Below, piece by piece: positions 49,125 to 57,317 of a DNA stretch of 64,000 nt (positions are counted from its first letter, which is position 1; each line of letters begins with the position of its first letter). The position numbers were made by a program, and so were the translations under genes. A model generated the notes under the pieces. That model was not told where the DNA came from. It did not search any database and was given only the letters and a program-made list of their open reading frames with translations. Origin of the DNA: a virus. The stretch lies in the IMG/VR virus record IMGVR_UViG_3300046832_000578, one strand, 5' to 3'.

Positions 49125-49324
49125 ATAAGATCTTAGGTACATTTGGAGTGATTGTAGGCATTGCCATTATTATTGGTATTGCCGTTGTATTTCCACTCTT
49201 AACTATTTGGGCATTGAACACTCTGTTCTTGTTGACTATCCCTTATACATTGGAGACTTGGTCAGCAGTTGTTCTGCTACAAATTTTCTTTAAAACATCT
49301 ATTAGTTACAAAAAGGATAAATGA
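49121..49324 (+). CDS. small membrane protein
   Basis: hydrophobic; IWALNTLF. Confidence 0.65.
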   Translation: MNKILGTFGVIVGIAIIIGIAVVFPLLTIWALNTLFLLTIPYTLETWSAVVLLQIFFKTSISYKKDK

Positions 49325-49578
49325 TGAATTATGCTTTAACACCAGAGCAAAAAGGTGACTTGCAAAAAGCCATTCGTGAGATTAGTGATTCAATGACACG
49401 AACTGAAGCAGAACGAGATCTAATTAAAGAGATCGTTAAAGATCAGTCTGACACTTTGCAAATTCCAAAGAAAGTTATTTCCAAGATTGCAAAAACATAT
49501 CACAAGCAGAATCTACATCAAGAAGTTGCAGACCACGAGGACTTCGTGGCTCTATACGAGAAAATTACTGCAAAATAG
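49321..49578 (+). CDS. dsbA: double-stranded DNA-binding protein (T4 DsbA)
   Basis: REISDSMTR.EAERD.IKE...KIAKTYHKQN; lies near rnh as in T4. Confidence 0.75.
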   Translation: MMNYALTPEQKGDLQKAIREISDSMTRTEAERDLIKEIVKDQSDTLQIPKKVISKIAKTYHKQNLHQEVADHEDFVALYEKITAK

Positions 49579-49581
49579 TGC

Positions 49582-49610
49582 TTGTCTTTAATTGCGACTT
49601 GCGGTATAAT
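49582..49610 (+). promoter_or_regulatory. early promoter
   Basis: TTGTCT-ttaattgcgacttgcgg-TATAAT. Confidence 0.8.
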
Positions 49611-49639
49611 AGATATTATATTATGGAGGTTACAAACCT

Positions 49640-50755
49640 ATGGCTGTGAATACTGCAAAGCGTCGTGCAAAGAACCAAGCAATTCTTGCATCACAAAAGA
49701 AATACGAACCAACAATCGACCAGCTGGACTATACAACCAGCCTAAGTCGTGCGTTGGGTTATTACTCTACACACACTGGTGCGAAAGAGCAGAAGTTATT
49801 TGCGATTGAGTTCTTCTCAAAGAAAGAACCCAAGATTGCCAAACAACTTAAGAAACTTCCCGACTACAAATTTCAGACATTTGGTTCACTATGTCGTATC
49901 ATGTCCAATGATCAGACAGACTTGAAACAATTGTCCAATGTTAGTCCATTCTTTACCAATAAACTAAAAGAGTTATTGGATGATGCTAAGAAATACATCG
50001 AAGAAGTTGAGATTGTGAAAGCACCGACCAATGTCATTAGCATACAAGATCGTATGGAAGAAAAAGCCAGAGAACATGCTGGTGAATTCGAGGGTGCTAT
50101 TGACGAGTGGGTTATTACTAAAGGCAAGAGCACATTCTCTGCCAAGAATTATCTTATGTCAAATGAGGTGAGTGCACCCATCGCTAAGCGAATTGGTGAA
50201 TTGTTTGTTGGAACTGCACAAGAGATTCGTGAAGCCATTGATGGTGAAGACGAGCAATTAACTGAGGGATACTCACACTTTACGAAGAGAGACCTTAAGA
50301 AGTTTGCAGAGTTTATTGAGACTATGATTGCTGATTGTCAGCAACAAGTACAAACTGCAAAAGCAACTCGTGCACCACGCAAACGCAAAGCACAACCACC
50401 AAGCAAGATTGTTTCTAAAATGAAGTACATGAAAGAATTTGCTGAGTTTAATCTCAAGTCTATCAAGCCAGAGACTATCGTTGGATCGTCTGAGGTATGG
50501 GTATACAATACGAAGTATCGTAAGGTGACTGTGTATAAAGCCATCAATGATGTGCTGACAGTTAAGGGTACGACTCTGATTGGCTTTGATGTGAAAGAAT
50601 CTAAGACACTGATGTTGCGTAAGCCAGATGTATTCTTTAAGGGATTAACATTGGGTAAGCGACCACTGAATAGTGCGATGAAGACATTGACCACGAAGCC
50701 AACTGTGCCGAATGGTCGTATTAATGAAGAATGTATTTTGCTGGGAGCATTTTGA
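49640..50755 (+). CDS. conserved T4-like hypothetical protein
   Basis: WVYNTKYRK, VKGTT, LRKP, NGRINE. Confidence 0.75.
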   Translation: MAVNTAKRRAKNQAILASQKKYEPTIDQLDYTTSLSRALGYYSTHTGAKEQKLFAIEFFSKKEPKIAKQLKKLPDYKFQTFGSLCRIMSNDQTDLKQLSNVSPFFTNKLKELLDDAKKYIEEVEIVKAPTNVISIQDRMEEKAREHAGEFEGAIDEWVITKGKSTFSAKNYLMSNEVSAPIAKRIGELFVGTAQEIREAIDGEDEQLTEGYSHFTKRDLKKFAEFIETMIADCQQQVQTAKATRAPRKRKAQPPSKIVSKMKYMKEFAEFNLKSIKPETIVGSSEVWVYNTKYRKVTVYKAINDVLTVKGTTLIGFDVKESKTLMLRKPDVFFKGLTLGKRPLNSAMKTLTTKPTVPNGRINEECILLGAF

Positions 50756-51648
50756 TGATATTAGTTGATTATAGTCAGGTGGCACTTGCAGCCATCCTTA
50801 CCTTCCAGCGTGAGTTGAAAGGGACAGAGTCAGAAGTGAAAAATCTTATTCGTCATGTGACTTTGTCCACCCTTAAATCGTACAAGAAGAAGTATGGTAA
50901 AGAGTATGGCGAGTTAGTCATTTGTTGCGATGGTCGTAAGTATTGGCGTAAGGAATACTTTGAGTTCTATAAGGGTATGCGTAAGAGCAATCGTGATAAA
51001 TCAGATCTCGATTGGAAGTTGATCTTTGATACGCTATCAGAAATGCGTGAAGACATTGCACAACACTTTCCATATCGTGTTATGCATATTGATCGTGCAG
51101 AAGCAGATGATATTATTGCTGTCATGACAAAATATCTTCAACAGAATCTCTTAATTCAAGAGGGGTTGGTTGAAGAACCACAGAAGATTTTAATTCTGTC
51201 ATCTGATAAAGACTTCAAGCAACTGCAGTTGTATCCTACTGTTAAGCAGTGGTCTCCAATGCAGAAGAAATATATCACTGCAACGAGGAAAGAAATTGTA
51301 GAACATAAGATTGAGCATATCGTCAAGGGTGATACAGGTGATGGAGTACCAAACATTCTAAGCAAAGACGATGTATTCATGAAGGGTGAACGACAAAAGC
51401 CAATGAGTGCTAAACGATTACAAGAATTCTTTGATAATGGTTTTACTGCTTGTAGGAATGATGAAGAAAGACGCAATTGGCAACGCAATTCGACTCTTGT
51501 TGACTTTGATCATATTCCGCCTGATGTTGAAGAATCAATTATTGTATCATACATAAGTAGTAAACCAAAGGGCGATAAGATGTCTATTATGAATTATCTT
51601 ATGGAACATCGTTGCCGATTACTATTAGACGAAATCGAGGACTTTTAA
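50755..51648 (+). CDS. rnh: RNase H / 5'-3' exonuclease (T4 rnh)
   Basis: ILVD, EADDIIA, SSDKDF.QL, GDTGDGVPN. Confidence 0.93.
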   Translation: MILVDYSQVALAAILTFQRELKGTESEVKNLIRHVTLSTLKSYKKKYGKEYGELVICCDGRKYWRKEYFEFYKGMRKSNRDKSDLDWKLIFDTLSEMREDIAQHFPYRVMHIDRAEADDIIAVMTKYLQQNLLIQEGLVEEPQKILILSSDKDFKQLQLYPTVKQWSPMQKKYITATRKEIVEHKIEHIVKGDTGDGVPNILSKDDVFMKGERQKPMSAKRLQEFFDNGFTACRNDEERRNWQRNSTLVDFDHIPPDVEESIIVSYISSKPKGDKMSIMNYLMEHRCRLLLDEIEDF

Positions 51649-52085
51649 TGAAAAAATATCTTACAGAAATGCTGAAGGAAATTAACGACAATCCAAAGGC
51701 AATTGATAACTATAAGAGTGAATTCTTACTCAAGGTAATTTTTGCTCATGCATTTTTACCTACACATAAGTTTATTCTACCAGAGGGTGAGCCACCATTT
51801 AAACCTGCTGATCAACCAATGGGTATGACTGATACAAATCTGTTTGTTGAAGCAAAGAAAATGTATGTGTTCATGCGTGAGGATCTTAAACCTATCAAAC
51901 GAGAGTCTTTGTTTGTAGGATTGCTAGAGGGTATTCATCCCGAAGAAGCAAAGATTTTAATCGCAGTTAAGGATCAGAAGTTGCAAAAACTCTATCCTAA
52001 GATTACATGGAAACTTGTTTCTGATGCTGGTATCATTCCAGCACCTGCAAAGAAAGAAAAAGTTGCTGTGCAAGAAGTAGAGTAG
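51648..52085 (+). CDS. conserved T4-like hypothetical protein
   Basis: LPEGEPPF, KRESLF..LLEG.HP.EA. Confidence 0.75.
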   Translation: MKKYLTEMLKEINDNPKAIDNYKSEFLLKVIFAHAFLPTHKFILPEGEPPFKPADQPMGMTDTNLFVEAKKMYVFMREDLKPIKRESLFVGLLEGIHPEEAKILIAVKDQKLQKLYPKITWKLVSDAGIIPAPAKKEKVAVQEVE

Positions 52086-52117
52086 TATAATTAACCTTAT
52101 TATGAATGGAGTGAACT

Positions 52118-52816
52118 ATGCCAAATTGGTGTTACAATACAGCTACGCTAACTGCTAGCAAAGAACAGATTGATGCTCTTGAGCAAGAGTTGCAAAAAGA
52201 AGAGAGCAATCCATTTCAACATTTACGTCCTCGTCCAGCAGACCAAGAAGAGAATTGGTATGATTGGAACATTAACAACTGGGGCTGTAAGTGGGATATA
52301 ACTCCGCATGATTGGCAACGAGAAGACGACACCACAATTGTGATGCACTTTGACTCTCCGTGGTCTCCACCAATCACTTTGTATGAATTTATGCAAGATA
52401 ATGGTTGGACTGTAAATGCATTATATCACGAGGGTGGTATGGGATATATTGGTTCATATGTAGATGGATATGACGATTATCATGATTATGATATGACAGA
52501 TCGTGATTCAATTGAAGATCTCCCAGAAGAGTTGATTGACTTTGGTGGTCTAATGGAAGAGCATGATCGTTGGGTAGAAGATGCTGAGATGGAAGCAGAA
52601 GCAGAAGCATATGAAGCAACAGTAACCGACTGGAATTCTGTAGATGTTAATCCAGAGCATATTGGATTTTATGAAACCAAACTAGAAAACAATTGGCCAT
52701 TTTATAAATTTGCAAAATGGGATGGAAAGAAATGGACAATCGATGGTAAGAAACCAAAAGAACCATTTGCATTCTGGAGAGGTCTAAAAGAACCATGGGA
52801 TCCTACTACAGAATGA
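52118..52816 (+). CDS. YubB/DUF1281-like ferredoxin-fold protein
   Basis: MPNWC.N, WYDWNINNWGCKWD, FDSPWSPP. Confidence 0.75.
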   Translation: MPNWCYNTATLTASKEQIDALEQELQKEESNPFQHLRPRPADQEENWYDWNINNWGCKWDITPHDWQREDDTTIVMHFDSPWSPPITLYEFMQDNGWTVNALYHEGGMGYIGSYVDGYDDYHDYDMTDRDSIEDLPEELIDFGGLMEEHDRWVEDAEMEAEAEAYEATVTDWNSVDVNPEHIGFYETKLENNWPFYKFAKWDGKKWTIDGKKPKEPFAFWRGLKEPWDPTTE

Positions 52817-53517
52817 GATTTCTTATTGCACTGCTGCTGATTTCTGGCAGTGCATTTGCTTCAGATGTAGAATTTGGTACAGGCGAACATAACGACTGTA
52901 ACATAGCCAAAGCATATGCAGTTAATAATGCATTGGAACGATATGCAGGAAAAGAATTTGAGGTAATCAAGAGACATACATGTAGAGAAACTAACTCGAC
53001 TGGTGTTTCTTGTGATTTTATAAAAAGAACAGAGATAGAAACTGCTGGTGTTCTTAAGAAAGTTGTAAGTCAGAGAGTAAAGAACAATCGGCATACATGT
53101 GTTGTTGAAGTAAAGATTGAAGTTGAGAAAGCAAGACCACTTGCTGGTGATATTGTAAACGCAAAAGAAATTGCTGTAGATGGTACTCGTTACAACTTTG
53201 ACATTGTTACAAAAGAACCATTGTATGTTTATCTTTTCAATGCATACGATAATAAAATTAAATTAATGTATCCCTATGAAAACAGATCCAATCTATTGCA
53301 TGGGAAACTAGCATTACCAGATGGAATATGGTGGCAAGCAGATTTACCAAAGGGTATTGATGAGAGCAATGAAACACTCATGGCTGTCTTCTCAAAAGAG
53401 AAAATATCCTTCGGTAATAATATGGACAAAGACGAGATCTATAGACAGATAGCATCAATGCCCATGTATTCAAGAAGAGTAGTGTATCAAAATTTTGTTA
53501 TTAAACGGAGAAAGTGA
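52813..53517 (+). CDS. exported hypothetical protein
   Basis: signal peptide; C-terminal beta domain. Confidence 0.65.
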   Translation: MRFLIALLLISGSAFASDVEFGTGEHNDCNIAKAYAVNNALERYAGKEFEVIKRHTCRETNSTGVSCDFIKRTEIETAGVLKKVVSQRVKNNRHTCVVEVKIEVEKARPLAGDIVNAKEIAVDGTRYNFDIVTKEPLYVYLFNAYDNKIKLMYPYENRSNLLHGKLALPDGIWWQADLPKGIDESNETLMAVFSKEKISFGNNMDKDEIYRQIASMPMYSRRVVYQNFVIKRRK

Positions 53518-53518
53518 A

Positions 53519-54178
53519 ATGAGAGTTAAAATGATTATGACCTATATCCTTGCATGTAGTCTAGGATTGATAACTGTTGGATGTTCAACATTCAGCAAAG
53601 ATCCTAATAAAACTGTTGAGATTCCAGCAAACAAATTGGATAATATTCCACAGTGGTATCTTGTAAAAGATCCAGACGACACTAAGTTTATTGTAGTCAC
53701 TGCAACAGACATATCAAAAGATATGCAATTTGCTATTGATAAAGCAACACTAAACGCTAAGATTCAACTTGCAGCAAGATTAAAATCAGATATTGATTCT
53801 GTTACTCGTGAAACAACCACTGAGAATGGTAGTGGTGGAGCATCAGTTGAACGAGAAATTGATCGTGTGTCAAAGGTTCGTGTCAAACAGGCATTGGGTT
53901 TCTTTAAACGAGAAAACATTGCAGTGTTTAAAGAGGGTGACTCATATCGTGCCTATGTGCAATTTAAGATTTCTACAGAGGATGCTCGTCGTATGACTCA
54001 ACCAGTGGGTAATGCTAAAAGCAGAGAAGATAAGTTCAAAGAGTTGGAAGATGAACAACCAGCTGCACGATCAATTTCAGTAGCACCACTTGATGTTGAT
54101 AATGAAGAATACAAACAACGAAGAGAAGCTGCACTAAAGAAACCTGGAGCAGTAATTAATCAATATACATTGCGATGA
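53519..54178 (+). CDS. lipoprotein (LPP20-like)
   Basis: lipobox ITVGC; IPQWY; DMQFAIDKA. Confidence 0.7.
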   Translation: MRVKMIMTYILACSLGLITVGCSTFSKDPNKTVEIPANKLDNIPQWYLVKDPDDTKFIVVTATDISKDMQFAIDKATLNAKIQLAARLKSDIDSVTRETTTENGSGGASVEREIDRVSKVRVKQALGFFKRENIAVFKEGDSYRAYVQFKISTEDARRMTQPVGNAKSREDKFKELEDEQPAARSISVAPLDVDNEEYKQRREAALKKPGAVINQYTLR

Positions 54179-54624
54179 AACAAAAATGGATTGATGCATT
54201 CATGGACACTGCGGAGAGATTCGCCCAGTTGTCCAGTGCAAAACGATTACATGTTGGTGCGGTTGTCGTTAAAGACAATCGTATCATCTCAATTGGATAT
54301 AATGGTATGCCATCTGGATGGACAAACGAATGCGAAAATGTAGTTCAACATTCAGATGACACTGTGAGTTTAGTAACGAAAGACGAGGTTATACATGCTG
54401 AAGCAAATGCAATTATCAAACTGGCTCGTGATGGTGAATCAGGCAATGGCTCCAGTTTATTCTGCACTCATGCTCCTTGCATTCATTGTGCTAAGTTAAT
54501 TCATGGTGCAGGAATAGATACAGTTTACTATCGCCACTCTTACAGAGACGAGGATGGTTTATCTTTTTTGCAAAAATGTAAAATAAATGTTGAAAAAGTT
54601 GACTTTAATTCAATAATGAACTAA
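54175..54624 (+). CDS. cd: dCMP deaminase
   Basis: GYNG, HAEANAI, PCIHC. Confidence 0.93.
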   Translation: MKQKWIDAFMDTAERFAQLSSAKRLHVGAVVVKDNRIISIGYNGMPSGWTNECENVVQHSDDTVSLVTKDEVIHAEANAIIKLARDGESGNGSSLFCTHAPCIHCAKLIHGAGIDTVYYRHSYRDEDGLSFLQKCKINVEKVDFNSIMN

Positions 54625-54657
54625 GATAGTGACTAAATAGATTACTGTCTGAAACAA

Positions 54658-54721
54658 AACCCTACAAGATGTAAGGTTATTCCAGATAGTGCTTGACAAA
54701 TAATCAAAGGTGTAGTATAAT
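54658..54721 (+). promoter_or_regulatory. consensus sigma70 promoter of the tRNA operon with upstream palindrome
   Basis: AACCCTAC-N5-GTAAGGTT; TTGACA-17-TATAAT (54693-54721). Confidence 0.85.
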
Positions 54722-54727
54722 TCAATC

Positions 54728-54853
54728 ATGAAATCGAAAATGATATCCAAACAAATGCAAAGACATCTCCCGCTATTAAGTGGCTGGACATGCTCACGCA
54801 CAACATTTGGATATAATGCGATTGAGGATGCCGAGGGTTTGGATAAGAAGTAA
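54728..54853 (+). CDS. putative leader peptide of the tRNA-operon attenuator (41 aa)
   Basis: ATG at the predicted transcription start; 31 distinct codons; last codons overlap the antiterminator arm. Confidence 0.7.
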   Translation: MKSKMISKQMQRHLPLLSGWTCSRTTFGYNAIEDAEGLDKK

Positions 54854-54913
54854 CTGACACCAGTCTACTTACCCAAACCCTCTGAGATGAAAGTCCAGAG
54901 GGTTTTTTGTTTT
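54833..54913 (+). terminator. mutually exclusive antiterminator (54833-54882) and terminator (54875-54913)
   Basis: gagggtttggataagaag pairs with ctacttacccaaaccctc; aaaccctctg/cagagggttt stem plus T tract. Confidence 0.8.
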
Positions 54914-54961
54914 ATAGCCATCGTGCTTTAAACATTGTTCTTTTACAATTCAGGATTCTGT

Positions 54962-55035
54962 TGGGGGTTAGTGTAGCGGTAACACTACAGACTTTGACTC
55001 TGTCATCACTGGTTCGATCCCAGTACCCTCTGCCA
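54962..55035 (+). tRNA. tRNA-Gln(UUG)
   Basis: cloverleaf, anticodon TTG, CCA. Confidence 0.9.
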
Positions 55036-55101
55036 TATAAAAACACATTAGTTCCCCGCAGGGATAATTGACAACAGGTTCATGCTAGTGTGTTTCTATA
55101 T

Positions 55102-55175
55102 GGGAGTATAACTTAATGGTAAAGTAGCTGGCTTTTAACCAGCAAATCAGAGTTCAATTCTCTGTGCTCCTACCA
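55102..55175 (+). tRNA. tRNA-Lys(UUU)
   Basis: anticodon TTT, CCA. Confidence 0.9.
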
Positions 55176-55187
55176 GTGTTCTTTGGT

Positions 55188-55261
55188 GTGACTATAACTT
55201 AATGGTAAAGTCGTGGATTGTGATTCCGCTTATCTGGGTTCAATTCCCAGTAGTCACCCCA
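55188..55261 (+). tRNA. tRNA-His(GUG)
   Basis: anticodon GTG, C73, CCA. Confidence 0.88.
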
Positions 55262-55272
55262 AAGAATATTAT

Positions 55273-55348
55273 GCCGATATAGCTCAGTTGGTAGAGCACT
55301 TGTTTGAAGCACAAGGTGTGGGCGGTTCGATCCCGTCTATCGGCACCA
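55273..55348 (+). tRNA. tRNA-Phe(GAA)
   Basis: anticodon GAA, CCA. Confidence 0.9.
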
Positions 55349-55353
55349 GATAT

Positions 55354-55428
55354 TCCCGATTAGCTCAGCGGTAGAGCACTCGCTTGATAAGCGATAGGTC
55401 AGTGATTCGAATTCACTATTGGGAACCA
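55354..55428 (+). tRNA. tRNA-Ile(GAU)
   Basis: anticodon GAT, CCA. Confidence 0.88.
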
Positions 55429-55434
55429 AGTTAT

Positions 55435-55526
55435 GGAAGATAATGCAGCGGGGTTGGTCCTGCGACCAGCCTTGAAAACTGGGTTCTGAGAAATCGGATG
55501 GGGTTCGACTCCTCTGTCTTCCGCCA
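55435..55526 (+). tRNA. tRNA-Ser(UGA)
   Basis: anticodon TGA, long variable arm, G73. Confidence 0.88.
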
Positions 55527-55534
55527 CATTATGT

Positions 55535-55609
55535 GCCTCGTTATTTCAGTGGTAGAATGTCTCTTTTACACGGAGAAGGTCGGCAGTTCGAATCTGTCAC
55601 GAGGTACCA
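55535..55609 (+). tRNA. tRNA-Val(UAC)
   Basis: anticodon TAC, CCA. Confidence 0.9.
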
Positions 55610-55610
55610 T

Positions 55611-55685
55611 GCGTCTTTAGTAAAATGGATATTACAGTAGGCTACGAACCTACGAGTGGGAGTTCGATTCTCTCAGGACGCACCA
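55611..55685 (+). tRNA. tRNA-Arg(ACG)
   Basis: anticodon ACG, CCA. Confidence 0.9.
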
Positions 55686-55691
55686 AGATTA

Positions 55692-55781
55692 GGAAGATGG
55701 GCAGGACGGTAATGCAGCAGTTTGCTAAACTGTAGATTCACGGAAGTGGGTCATAGGGTTCGATTCCCTAATCTTCCACCA
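55692..55781 (+). tRNA. tRNA-Ser(GCU)
   Basis: anticodon GCT, long variable arm. Confidence 0.88.
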
Positions 55782-55786
55782 AAAAT

Positions 55787-55861
55787 GGGCTGGTAGCTTA
55801 ATGGTAAAGCAGTGAACTCATAATTCATTGAGTCTGTGTTCAATTCACAGTCAGCCCACCA
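55787..55861 (+). tRNA. tRNA with CAU anticodon, probably Ile2 (lysidine)
   Basis: anticodon loop CTCATAA, GGGC acceptor start. Confidence 0.75.
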
Positions 55862-55862
55862 T

Positions 55863-55941
55863 GCCCCTGTGGACAAATTGGGAAAGTCGTCTCTCTCAAA
55901 AGGAGAAATTGTTCTGAGTTCGAATCTCAGCAGGGGTACCA
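55863..55941 (+). tRNA. tRNA-Leu(CAA)
   Basis: anticodon CAA, A73, short variable region. Confidence 0.85.
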
Positions 55942-55948
55942 GAGTTTT

Positions 55949-56025
55949 GCGGATATGATGGAATTGGTATACATATCAGACTTAAAATCTGAGTTCTCCG
56001 AGTTCGAGTCTCGGTATCCGCACCA
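55949..56025 (+). tRNA. tRNA-Leu(UAA)
   Basis: anticodon TAA, A73, short variable region. Confidence 0.85.
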
Positions 56026-56026
56026 T

Positions 56027-56101
56027 ACGGCATTCGTTCAATGGATAGGACAGCACTCTTCTAAAGTGCGAATGTGGGTTCGATTCCTGCATGCCGTGCC
56101 A
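56027..56101 (+). tRNA. tRNA-Arg(UCU)
   Basis: anticodon TCT, CCA. Confidence 0.9.
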
Positions 56102-56108
56102 GAATTAT

Positions 56109-56185
56109 GTGGGTGTGCTGCTGAATGGTTAGGCGACGGATTGCAAATCCGTTTTATGCAGGTTCAAGTCCTGTCACCCACTCCA
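56109..56185 (+). tRNA. tRNA-Cys(GCA)
   Basis: anticodon GCA, U73. Confidence 0.9.
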
Positions 56186-56201
56186 AGTTGCAAAATACTT
56201 G

Positions 56202-56230
56202 TTGTCTTGCAAGATTAGTTGTAGTATAAT
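56202..56230 (+). promoter_or_regulatory. internal promoter of the tRNA array
   Basis: TTGTCT-17-TATAAT. Confidence 0.75.
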
Positions 56231-56366
56231 AGTTTATTCAAAAGTCCTTTCTAAGTCGTGTGTCAATTCATACGCATAAGGCAGAGCATGGCACTGGATG
56301 TTGCAAATCGCCTACACACCTCCCATGCAAGCAGGTTTGGTGGTTCCTGATAAAAACTACCACTAT

Positions 56367-56441
56367 GCACGATTCGTCTATCGGTTAGGACACTGCCCTT
56401 TCACGGCAGGAAGAGGAGTTCGATTCTCCTATCGTGTACCA
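56367..56441 (+). tRNA. tRNA-Glu(UUC)
   Basis: anticodon TTC, CCA. Confidence 0.9.
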
Positions 56442-56442
56442 G

Positions 56443-56669
56443 ATTTAATTACATTGGTTACCAAGCCAGTAGGTAATTCAGATAGTGAGTAACCAGTTGA
56501 CGGACTGGCACTTCTGAGTTACACGAAAGATGGAAATCAGCATAGGCTTCGATCAGTAGTCACGCTGGAACAACTTGGTGCGTAATGTGTGCGACAGACA
56601 AGTCCATGGACGGCATGGTAGGGCAGGTTCAAAACTGTTATTTCTGTCAAACACCCAGTGTAATTAAAT
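56443..56669 (+). ncRNA. candidate structured ncRNA closed by a 15-bp stem
   Basis: atttaattacattgg / ccagtgtaattaaat; GC-richer interior. Confidence 0.5.
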
Positions 56670-56670
56670 G

Positions 56671-56824
56671 TGGTATTAGTTTAGTGTTATCAAGGTATCG
56701 TGATCTGATCAATCACTACTCGACAGTAAGGGTGCGACCGACACTGTCTGATATAACTGTTATTCGCTTGTCAGTGCTAGCTACATTGTTGACAAATTGG
56801 CACGATAACACTAAACTAATATCA
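56671..56824 (+). ncRNA. candidate structured ncRNA closed by a perfect 18-bp stem
   Basis: tattagtttagtgttatc / gataacactaaactaata. Confidence 0.5.
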
Positions 56825-56826
56825 TT

Positions 56827-56911
56827 GGAGACACGGCACAGTTGGAGGGGTGCGGCAGACTGTAAATCTGTTCTTTAGGGCTAGTAGGTTCGAATCTTAC
56901 TGTCTCCACCA
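56827..56911 (+). tRNA. tRNA-Tyr(GUA)
   Basis: anticodon GTA, variable arm. Confidence 0.88.
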
Positions 56912-56917
56912 GTTTTT

Positions 56918-56992
56918 GGCTCGTTAGTATAATGGTCATTACAGCGGATTGTCTATCCGCTTATGGGAGTTCGATTCTCCCACGAGTCGCCA
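56918..56992 (+). tRNA. tRNA-Asp(GUC)
   Basis: anticodon GTC, G73. Confidence 0.9.
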
Positions 56993-56998
56993 GATTAT

Positions 56999-57072
56999 AG
57001 CGGATTAGAGAAAAGGTATCTCAGCAGTCTCATACGCTGCAGTTGGTGGTTCGAGTCCATCATCCGCAACCA
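56999..57072 (+). tRNA. tRNA-Met(CAU), initiator-like 1:72 mismatch
   Basis: anticodon CAT; A1.A72 mismatch. Confidence 0.75.
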
Positions 57073-57316
57073 AACCTGCAGCTAATCACTGCTAGTGTGA
57101 TCCGCACGAGAGAAACTGATTGACGATCAGTAGGATGGTTCTCCCTTTGAATAGGGCATGGGTTCATCCATGGGTCTACCTAACCAGCGTTGGCAACACG
57201 AGAGTTCTGTCCGTGGCGAGTGGGTGGAGGGCATGCTTGATGGAGAAACTGGTGCGATGTACACAATCCAGAAGTAAACTGATGTGCTATAATTACCACG
57301 ACGGAGAGAAAGCATT
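57073..57316 (+). ncRNA. candidate ~245-nt structured ncRNA between tRNAs
   Basis: GC-rich spacer with several hairpins and long-range ccgtgg/ccacg pairing. Confidence 0.5.
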
Positions 57317-57317
57317 T

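Noticed and set aside
55435-55526. tRNA with TGA read as selenocysteine or opal suppressor
   Set aside because: TGA is the anticodon (reads UCA, Ser). Likewise the TAA and TAG anticodons are Leu, not suppressors.
56443-57316. tmRNA or RNase P RNA
   Set aside because: No Ala-type acceptor ends or tag ORF, and no RNase P P4 consensus were recognised.
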